From Takakia lepidozioides (Eukaryota; Plantae; Bryophyta), in assembly GCA_030704615.1 (NCBI GenBank), contig CM060733.1, positions 73,904,001 to 73,968,000 of the forward strand: a stretch of DNA of 64,000 nucleotides, in the 5' to 3' direction. Under the pieces are notes generated by a model, which saw nothing but the letters and a program-made list of their open reading frames with translations, made no database searches and had not been told where the DNA came from. This document shows positions 24,395-34,780 of the stretch, piece after piece. Every line of letters begins with the position of its first letter. The stretch's first letter is position 1. Made by a program: the position numbers and the translations under genes.

Positions 24395-27300
24395 ATGGCG
24401 GAAAACCCGAGCGCTACAGTGTACTGCCCTCCTCACGAGCATAGAGCTTCATTTCCGTGCAGAGGGGACATCTGCCGGGTGATGGAGAAATATCTGTGCG
24501 TTCGATACCACCTGAAACCGGGGTCGGTTTTTTTGGAGGAGGAAAGGAAGGACTCAAACGGCCTTGTTGTCGAGAGTATTGTTGTGCTCCACGATGATTT
24601 CGGCGATGGCAGGGAATGGCGAGTTCCACCATCGGACAGCGTCATATACAGGGCTGTTGGGGACTTCATTTGCCCGCCAAATGCACCTTCTATCCTGGCG
24701 CCTTCCACGAAACAATCCGCGAACCAGAGAGTGGCTACCTCAAAGAGAGAAGTCCGCAACGAAGTAAATCCAGAGCCGAACCCATCCATGAAGACGAGCG
24801 AGAACCGGGTTGTTCATAACCTGTCCGACTCAGACGAGGTCATGGAAGTTCCGAGGTCGTCCTGGAGATCAGGCAAGTCCTCAATGGACGTCAGTGGAGG
24901 AGGGAGTCATATTCCCAGCACGAGCACCGCAGTTCGATCTATTCTTGAAATTCTGCGAGGGCTTCACCTGGAGGGACACCGGTCGGAGCTGGCCGGGCTG
25001 GACTACAGCAAGTTCGCAATTAAATCGGTTACATGCCTTCCCGCCGACGTCGACGGTAATATCTTCTTTGAGTTCCCTCCTCGGGCGGACTACTCGAGGG
25101 CATCCGGAATGTTGACAGATATGGATAGAAAACATGACGGTCATCCTTGGTGCGTTACCAAAACCACCAGCATGAAGATCCTCGATGGTGTGCGGGTGCG
25201 CTACGTTGTTTGTGCGGGCGCGTTGCGGTGTTTCTCCCCAACTTGCTTCCACTTTAAATCCAGAGGTCACAGGAACGAGACCGATTGGACAGGCACAGCT
25301 CATCAACCATTTCGAGCTCAGGAGAAGGTTCCGAACTCCACATTTAAGTGTGCGCATTGCAAAGAACCACCACACTGCATGTTTGTTTGTAATGCCAAGC
25401 AGTTCTATGTGTTGCACCGTTTCCCTGACCTCACCCGAGCTTGCATACACGTTGGTTCCCATTGTCACAAATTGGCGAGGGGGAACTCGCGGGAGGCTGC
25501 CCACGAAGCAGAGCAGCTCGTTCAGGAGGAGGTTAAGTTGAGACCGGGTGCCAAACCCAAACAGATACAGCTCCAAGCCGCCCATAAGATGGCATTGGCC
25601 AGAATTATGTCGGAAGACGGCTCCGATAGAGTTCCTCTCGATGAGAAGGAAATGGAGGCATTGCTGGAGTCGGTGTCCCACGTATATTCACCGAATGTCC
25701 AAAACCACATTGTCTCATGCAAACAGAAAATTGGGCGTGGCTCGGATATGCACTCCATTCTGGAGGTGAAGCGACGATGTGGATATGACTACATTCATGG
25801 AAGTAGGTTTCCAGGACAAGGGACTGAGGCAGATTGTTGTTTCGTATTCAAAATGTCCACGTGTGGACCTGGCGTCAAACTGGTCGACAGGATGACGAGT
25901 GGGGACTTGTCAAACAGTTGGGTCATGTTCGACCATATCAAGCGAATTACAAATCACCAGTGGGTGACAATGGGTGCACATGTCTACGACACCCACTGCA
26001 GGATGCTAATGACAATTGCTATTTGTGAGATGAAAGGAGAGGACACACAATCGGAGATGCTTCTTTGGCAGGGAATAAACGAACAGATGGCCAAGGCGGG
26101 ATTGCCCCCTCCCAATTTCCGTGGTTTCATGGCGGACAATGCACAAGCAAATTGGGCTGCCATCCGAAGGGTGTACGGGCAAGACCCCAATGTTCCCATG
26201 GAAGGCAAGGAGAGATCTTGTGGGTTCCATTTTCTGCAGAGCCTTTTGCAGTACACAACCAGGCTCGTGGCGCCAGATTTCAGAGAGGAGCACCGTTCCA
26301 TGTGCCTTGCGTGGAAGCGCGCTCCCACCTTGGATGATGCAGAGAAACAGTTTGCATGTATACGGGCTTGGTGGACATCGTCAGGTGCTGTAAGGAAATC
26401 AGACGAGGGAGCAATGGTCAGTTGGCTAGCATGGTGGCATTATCGTTTCCTCCAGTTCGGCGACTATATGCGGGAGGTGAGTTGCACGAATTCGCGTCCC
26501 GTTGAATATTATTCTTGGCCATATTTGTAACTTGCTTGTAACCTCAACATGTGCTTGTGCAGGAAATGTGTCTCGACTCCGACACCAACATGCCCACGAC
26601 AAACATGGCCGAATCAGTGCACTCTTCCTGGCGTGCCTCCTCTGCGGCGCATCTGGTGGACATCCTCACTGCCACAACGGAGGACATTGTCAGGTCAATT
26701 ATGCAGCAATGCAGGTACAACGAGTTCTTGAAAGGGAAACAGTGGGGCTTGGGGCCGGACAGGCAGGAAATGCTGATGCGGACTGCCTCTAGATCGAAGA
26801 ATCCTCGGAAGTGGGTGGCGGCCTTGCGAGAGGGCCTTCGGGACACGCCATTGCTGTGAAGAGGCCAACATTTGGAAGGAGATGTTCATACCCGTCCAGT
26901 GAGACGAAGACTTGACGAGGCACCTGGCGGAGAAGAGGATTCATGGCGAGCTGACAAGAATATTCGCACGCTCCCTCGTGGTCCGGTGATGTTGCCCGAG
27001 GAGGTCTCGTCGAGCACCGCAAGTCCTGCACGTTCAAGATCGCCATCTCCTTTGAGCACAGGGCGCGTGCCCCGGCAACATAATGAGCCATCTGTAGTAA
27101 AGCAGTACAACATTCCCATTGTGGAGACAAGAGTGTCGGAGTCACAGTGGAGAATTGCGAGGACATTGCCGGCATTTCGAGGGAAGTGCTGCGCCATCCG
27201 GGTGGATACGAGAGCACGCTGTGGTGAGATGATTCGGAGGAACCCACACAGTGCTGTACCTGCACCTTGTTTCAGCGGCAGATTTTTGACTCTCACATTT

Positions 27301-27981
27301 GCTCACGCCACAATGCAGACATTTTGGTTCTGTAGGCACGACATAATGACCTGTGTATTTGGCAAGCCCAAGTACGGGATTCAGGGAATGCCGGAGCCTC
27401 CGGGCGTCTGGCCTGTTGCACCGGGTTGCAGCCTCTCTCAGAATGAGGCGGATGCTCTATCTGCAGCAGGATTTTGAATGGTGCAACGCACAGACATCCC
27501 GGCCCACGCATTTCCGGTTCCTCAGACCCAGCCATTGCAGACTGCTCGGTCCAGTAGAGACGGATTGGACAATTCTGCACATCCCACAATGCGATTCGGA
27601 AAAGTGAAGAGACGACACCCTCCCAACAAGTTGAATGAGACTCGGATTGCCAATGCTCTTGGGATGGCTTGCACTATTCAGAGCTCCGTGGACGTACCCC
27701 CACCCGGCCTTGGGCGTGTGTATCGGATGGCAACGGCCGGCTCGGCTGTACGCGACGATGTATACACAATTACGATTGGAGTGGAGCCGACTTGCAATTG
27801 TACAGACTTCTCGTTGATGGAAGCAAAGAAGGGTTCAAAGTATTATCCGTGCAAGCATCTGTATTACATTTACCTAAAGAGGTTGAGGATGAACGTGACT
27901 ATTGATGACTTTATTCATGCACGGGCGTTGAGCGTGAACGAGTTGCACAAACTCCTCCTTAGGGATTCCAGAAATCATTGA
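24395..27981 (+). pseudogene. MULE-type transposase, copy C, full length (GCM/WRKY-like Zn domain, DDE, SWIM), two in-frame stops
   Basis: Exon 24395-26476, GT-AG intron 26477-26562, exon to 27981. Motifs VMFDH (D1), FMADN (D2), CGFH (CxxH), TNMAES (E) and CNC..PCKH (SWIM). In-frame TGA at 26857-26859 and 27475-27477 (the latter is TGG in copy A). Confidence 0.88.
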
Positions 27982-28013
27982 TGGGGCAAAGAGAATCCTC
28001 CATATGGATATTT

Positions 28014-30298
28014 TCAATTGCATTTTGTTGTATCAGACTTTTCCTTGCGGTGTAAATCCTCCATAGTTTGATGTTTCACGAACCAATCAGGCCATGATCC
28101 CACAAGATTCTGCTCCTGAGCCACTTGCTCCTCCACAGGTGCTGTAGTGCCCTGACAGTCTACTCCTGGAACCTCCGCCACAGGTTCAGGTATCACATGC
28201 ACAGCAGGGACTTGCTTAGACAAACTCTGCATCTTTGATACAACTGGTTCCCTGACCAAACCAGAGTTTTCATAGAGAAGGTCACCCTTCTCAATTTCTG
28301 CCACTACCTGTTCTGTAGTGGGAATGTCCAACCCTTCTCCTTCCACAGCAATAGGCTCTGGTGTAACAGCATGGACTAACTGAGTGACCCCTGGAACAAC
28401 TGAGTCATCTGGCTGTGGTGGTTGTGGTATCGAGGTGACTTCTTCCTCCCTCTCCAAAGGCCGTGCTTCCAGCAATAACAGCCCCCTGTGCTGCTGCTCC
28501 TCATCCTGCACAAGCGCTATGGAAACATCATCTTGTGGTTTCCTTGAAGCTAGTGGGTCTGCCACAGTCATATCCCGCTTCTACCTCATGGACAGGTGCA
28601 GCCCCTCCAATCCACCTTCACCATGTGAAGAGCCCTGCTCCTCAAATGCAGTGGTTGCTATCTCAAACACTCCCATCTCCTTACGTTCTCGCGCATCAAG
28701 TATGCAAGAATCAAGGATAATTTGCGCAATTATTGGGCGAGACACTATGATCGGAGACTTAGCAACAGTGCCCTGTAACCGCTTCATCTCTTCCACCAGA
28801 CCATTGTACATTAACTCCGCCCAAGCTACATCCTCTCCCCTCAAAGCTTTCAGTATCTCATCTATGAATGATCTGCTCAAATACTGTTGGTTCTGTTTCA
28901 TGGCAAACAAAACGTTCAGTACTTGGCCAACTTCTCTTAGCCCTGGGTACTCGGCCTTGGTGCAGGTGTATCCTTGAGTCTTAAAGAAACTCCCTTCTTG
29001 GAACATATTCCCTATCCGCAATCTTGCCCTGTGCTCATCCACATCCACATGACCCGCTGGCAAATTGAACAATTGCTGCAAGTACTGGGGAGTAATTTCT
29101 ATATCTACTCCCCTCACCTGGGTAACTCCTGTCCGAGGCTCAAAGTTCTGAACAAATTGAATCATATACTTCCGATGATGCAAGAACCAGTCCTTGTGTA
29201 GCACCCTTCCAATCACAACTCCTTCAACAGCTACACTATCTGTGGTGTAGCAATTGTTTGCTTCTGCAGAATCGTGGTGCTCTTCACCCTGATATCCTCC
29301 ATTCCCCTAACTCTCTTCATTCCTGACAAACAAGAAGGCCTTGTTTGAAATAGCTGTAGGAAAGCTTGCATGGCATAGAGCATCAAGGTATGATTGGCAC
29401 AGAATGGAACGGGTAAGTGCGTGTAAGCCTGTGGGGCTTGCAGATAGTGGGTGAGAGAGAATGTTCTTTCAATCCGTCTGTCCTTGCGCCACTGCATGAG
29501 AAGTAAAGCTAATGTGTAGTCTGTAATATCCGCCATAGCTACAAAGCTATAGCTTTGATTGCCCCTCCCGTCGAGACACTGGTTATTCGGAGCCACCCCG
29601 ACTCTTCTGCTCATAACTCTTCTAATTTCTTGTTCTTGTTTCTTGGAGGGAACCACCTGCATGAAATTCTCGCTCCTGGTTGGCTGTTGCCTCCTTGGGT
29701 AACTTCTTAATTTTACCCCCCTCAGTGGACATTCCCACCTGGAATGTCCACTAGGACAGCACATGTGGCAAAGGTCCCCCTTTTCTGTACACATAAAGGG
29801 TTCCGTTACCTTTGCCCTGAATGCATTAATGGGCCCACAAATAGTTTTGGTTGATGTACCGGGTAGGTACTTTGACGGCCCAGTTTGTCCTCTTGCATGA
29901 TGACACCCACTTTTGCAATATATGCACCGCGGTGTGCTTCGCCCTAGTGGTCACGTGTTCATTTTTAAACATGCCCCCGTCTTCCCCTGTCCGCGTGGCA
30001 CATTCTCCCAGTTTGACTTCCAAGCTGTCCTTTCACTTGCCAGCCACTTTTATGACGTTAACCAGCGTCCACCTGTCACTGACCCTATGGACTGTGCAAC
30101 CCGCGTAGGCTGTGTTGGCCTGTGACAGGCTGTGTCAAACTGTGGTAAACTGTGATAGGCTGTGTGATGCTGTGATGGGCTCTGATAGATGTGCGAACAC
30201 CCGTGTTCTCCGCTCAGGCCATACACATTCGGCTTTACGACAAGTGCTTCATGCTCCGTTGGTATCACCGGTGCAGCCCGTGACTGTTTTTGTGTTTC
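28014..30298 (-). mobile_element. Second, diverged fragment of the post-integrase extra ORF of the large Ty3 family
   Basis: ORFs 28014-28571, 28581-29216, 29231-29794 and 29826-30023 are colinear with 34323-36530. Confidence 0.88.
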
Positions 30299-30930
30299 CA
30301 CTACAGCAAATGGGGGGGGGTTTGCAACGCCAGCCGCGCCCCCATGCCCCACGCGGCGCCGAGCGTGCGATGCCAACCCCGCGGAGCGTGTTTGCGACGC
30401 CGGGCCGTTGCAGCCAAACCCCGCGGGAGTGAAACCTGGCGCCGGGGCCAGGCGGCGACGCCTGGCCGTCGCACGGAGTGCTGAAGGGAAAATGGCAGCC
30501 CTTCCATGCGACGCCCACACGTCGCCCCCAGTGAAGGGCAAAAGGCAGCCCTTTCTGGCGATGGCCGATCGTCGCGCGCCGGAAAAAAAAAAACCATTTC
30601 TTGCCTTCTCTTTCATTGCAGCCCTTTTTTGCGACGCCCGGCCGTCGCATGGTGGCATGAATGGCAAAAGGCCCCTGCGACGGCCAGGCGTCGCAAACTG
30701 CCCGGCTGCCCTATTCTTACAAAACAAAAAACCATGTCACAGTTTGCGACGGCTAGCCGACGCCGTTTGCGACCCCCGGCCTCATAACTCCATTCAAAAA
30801 ATCGATCGCAGTTGGCGACGGTTGGCTGTCGCCGTTTGCAACCCCCGGCCTCATAAATCCAAGAAAACGCGTTGCAGTTTGCGACGCGTGGGGGTCACAG
30901 GCCGCGACGGAAGGGCTTTCTAGGTTTAGG
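30299..30930 (+). mobile_element. CACTA (En/Spm) transposon end with subterminal repeats
   Basis: Starts CACTACAGCAAA exactly where Ty3 similarity stops; many TTGCGACG/CGTCGCAA motifs in both orientations; partner end not seen. Confidence 0.65.
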
Positions 30931-30989
30931 ATTAGGGCCTCTGGGGGTTCTTAGGTTTTTTTTTTTTCATATGGTACTGGGGTAGGTTT

Positions 30990-31911
30990 CAAGTGGCTTT
31001 TACTCACCCATCCCTTCGTTATCCGAGGTGGAAATTCCAAGATATAAGAGTTGGATATCTCTAAGCACTCAGCCCGCTCAGTACAATCAGTCATGACCTG
31101 CAGCTAGTGAATCATGGTTGTGCTTCCCATTTGTATTCCTTCTTGCCTTCATGTTATCAATTTACCTTATCTGATACTGAAGCATCAGATTGCTTCAGTA
31201 TCTACTTAGTTCCAGTTAATCAGGCATTCATTTCACAGCTTCACTCATGTCTCTCTACACAATGTTCTTGTATCGAATAAGTATCAGATTATGATTTATC
31301 AGGTACCAGGCCAATGTCAAGGTGACTCTAATCCGCCCTACAGTATCACTACAGCTCTGCATGTAATAAGCATCTATTGTTCATCTTTTCTCCTTCTTTG
31401 TACTCTCGTTCTTGCTCTCCACCTGATCTCCTCTTCCCATGACCCAGAAGCGCTCCCCGTGAAGTGTCCCCTTCTTTCCGTTGCCGCTCTCCTTATCTGC
31501 CCGCAAGCTGTTCTAACCACCTAACTAATTAACCGTCATCCCCGAAGTAACACGTTCCTTCTGCAGATGTCGTTCCCTCACAGTCGTTCCCTGTCAATGA
31601 TAACTGTTCCCCATGTACTGTGACAGGCTGTGTCAAGCTGTGCCGAGCTGTGACTGGCTGTGTAAAGTTGTGTCGGGCTGTGTCGGGCTGTGCGAAGCTG
31701 TGGCGGTTGTGACTAGCTGTGACGGGCTGTGTGAAGCTGTGCGCAACTATGGCGGGCTGTGACTGGCTGTGTGAAGCTGTGGCGGCTGTGTAACCCCCCT
31801 AAAGCCTACTGCTGCCACCCCTAAGGCTCTTGTTGGTCTCAGTCTGCGCAAAAATTAAGGGTACCCCACAGAACCCGTAAAAGCGTCTAAGTCCCAAGCA
31901 GCCCTCTAACA
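30990..31911 (-). repeat. 3' LTR (probably truncated) with CTGTG-rich microrepeats
   Basis: Begins TGTTAGAG (minus strand) just after the GAGAGGGGGGAGGGG PPT; homologous to 60430-61450. Left boundary approximate. Confidence 0.7.
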
Positions 31912-34745
31912 TTTACCCCTCCCCCTCTCAAAAAACCGTGTCCGCACGGTTTACTGTTTGGGATTAGCAAACCTTTGTGAGCGAGCACCCTTCTGACGAT
32001 GAGAGTCGCGTGAAGGACTCCGTGAGCCCGAGTTCTATCACTAGTTGACGGAGATGATTGAGCACTACCTGGAAATGTCTGACCCTCCTTTGACTGATAA
32101 CGAGGTAACCTCTCAGGCATAGGAGATCCCCGTCGTTTCTTCTCTGCCATCTGAAGTGCATAGTCCTCTGCCATGTCAAAAGAGTCCGCTGAAGAAACAG
32201 TAGTATCAGAATCCTCGTCTCCCCTTAGGTGTTTTAACGGCCAAACTTTAAGTGAAATCTTGTGTGGCATACAATGTGGTCCGACCATATCTGGAAGTTT
32301 AAATTGTACAACTTGTTGTAAGCGCTGGCAAGCAAAATTAGTGAACGTCCTGAACTCCTTATCTGTATAGGTAAGAGGTGTGCCAATGACTTTGGAACAG
32401 TGCAAGTATTTCCATGCCTCATGTCCCTTAAATAAAATATCCTCAGGGCCGAATTTCTGTGTTGTCAAATTGTTCCAAGCCGAATGAAACCATGAACGAA
32501 GTTGGGAATCCTTCTGCATCATAACTTTTGCATCATATAGGTACATATGAGGTGGCATTGAAGGTAAGACCCAATGATCCCCACTAGAATAACTCAGAAA
32601 TCGAGATTGCATCATCTGCTGCTCAATGTGATAACGTGCCAGAAAACAAGCAGCATAGTATAATCCACAGCCCATGACAATACTTGATACCTCCTTGGTC
32701 TTGGTATAAATGTACCCATGTACAACTTGGAAGGCAATTAATTCCTTCAACATGGTACCTGCTTCAGACCAGTACCTCGCAAAGTGATGATCCTCAATGG
32801 GTTGATTGTTCGGAAGAACCTTAGTCCTAGTTGTCACTGGCAGTCAAATGCGCATGATCTGGTAGTAATGTGCCAACGACTGCGGAGGACTAAATTCCTT
32901 CCAAGCCAAATCCAACACAATGGGAATTTGGTTGAAGGGCATAATCATAGCCTGACTGTACTCCCGTGCAGCAGGAGTCTTAGGTGGGTTAAAAGCAGCA
33001 TCCCCCCATACCTCAGGTTGTGGTGTGGCTGTAGTAACAACAGGGTCAGCTACCTGCACAGTCACTTGCTGTGGTATTGGTACCACTGGCCCTTCTACCA
33101 CTGGCATCTCCTGCACCCCTTGCGAAGAAGACTGAAAAATTAGAGTCCTGGCATGTAAATAAGTAGCCATCAGCTGCTCCTCAGGTACAAAGACTCTCTT
33201 GTCAATATTTGAACTCATGTCATCCACCTGAGTCTGCAGTCCTTCTACATCCTCCTATAGCTCCACTATCCTACTATAGACATTGTCTATAGTAGTTGTG
33301 GCAATGTTCTGCACCTGCAGTCTAAGCTCATTCATCTCGCCCTGGGTGAGCTTCCGTGGTGCTTTACCTTCCACTGGCCCTTGTGTTAACTAGACCTGCA
33401 TAAGGTGGTTATCCACCAAGTCGTGTGTGGCACCCCTGAGAGTCTGCTCCTCCGTGAGTCTGTACACATCTAACTGCTGTTGTAAAGCCTCCATGCGCTT
33501 TGCATGAGGTTCAACCAAACTCGCATAGGCAACAGCTAGATTATTGGCTTCCTTCCAAGCCTTGTTAGCCACAGAGAGTTCATTTCTATTGACCATGACT
33601 GTTTGTTGCAACTCCAGGATGTACCTCTCCTGGTCAGCCTCAACCTGTCTGTATTGTTTGAAAGTATTCTCATTGCGACAGATTGTATTCTTCATATCAA
33701 CAATGAGTTTCGCTTGCTCGATTATCTCTGCTTTTGCCTTCATACACCTTTCCCCTTGTCTGTTAACTTCTAATGCAGTTTGCTCAAGAGTAGTTGTGAG
33801 TGTAGCACATTGTATGGTCATCTTTTCATGTACTGCCTGCAACTCTGTATGTAGTACATTCACTTCTTGCAACTTGCCCTCATGCTTCACCTGCATTTGG
33901 TATAACTGTTGCTTATGTGCTTCATGCAACTGGTCCTGCGCGAGGCCTGCTTCAATCAAATGTCCCTTGGCCAACTGCAAAGCAGCCTTTGTGTCATCTA
34001 ACTCTTGCTGTAACTTGAGATTGACCTCCGCATCGACCTTGTTAGCACACTCAGTGGCAATTCGAGCCTCAAACTCCTTCCTGAGTTCCTCCCTCAAAGC
34101 TGCCAATTGGGTAGATGGAACATTGGATTTCACATAAGTGCCCAACAAATTAAGTGTTCTGCTTATGGAACTCATAAGCATGGCCTGCTGAGGGTCATCA
34201 TGGTGTACTTGTTGCTATTCTCCCTGATCCTCCACAACGTGATGCCTCACCAACCATTCAGGCCATTGCCCCACCAGATTCTCTTCCTGAACCACCTCAT
34301 CCTCCACAAGTGCTGCAGTGTCCTAATATTCTATCCCTGGTACCTCCGTCACAGGTGTGGGTATTACATGCACATCAGGGTTTTCCCTGGACAACCGCTG
34401 CACCTCTGGAATCACTGATTCCCTTACCAAGCCAGAGTTTTCATAGAGAAGGTCACCATTCTCAATTTCGGCCACGACCTGCTCTGTAGTGGGAATGTCC
34501 AACCTTTCTCCTTCCAGAGCAATCGGGGTTGAAGTCACAACATGTACTAACTGTGGAACCTCTAAAACAACTGAGTCAATTGGTTGTGGTGGCTGTGGTA
34601 TCGAATTGACTTCCTCTTCCCTCTCCGAAGGCCGTGCTTCCAATAATAACAGCTCTCTGTGCTGCTGTGCCCCATCCTGCACAAGAGCTTGGGAAACATT
34701 ATCGTGCGGTTTCCGTGGAGCCAGTGGATCCGCCACTACAGTCAT
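31887..34745 (-). pseudogene. Retrotransposon extra ORF(s): coiled-coil region and unknown C-terminal domain
   Basis: Same-strand ORFs 34323-34745, 33390-34181 (heptad-like, Q/E/L rich), 32844-33227 and 31887-32837, located between integrase and the PPT. Confidence 0.6.
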
Positions 34746-34780
34746 ACCCCGCCTCTGTCTCTTAGATTGGTGTTGCCCTG

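Larger units (their letters stand above)
8471..27981. mobile_element. Large MULE-like element C: terminus, ParB/MTase-like gene (-), palindrome arrays, transposase (+); contains a nested chromovirus
   Basis: Terminus GGGGGCACTATTTCATGAGC at 8471 is shared with 60378(-) and 61491; same gene order and orientation as element D. Transposase-side end not identified. Confidence 0.75.

Noticed and set aside
26857-27477. Recoded TGA codons in transposase C
   Set aside because: Copy A has TGG at the second position, so ordinary nonsense mutation explains it.
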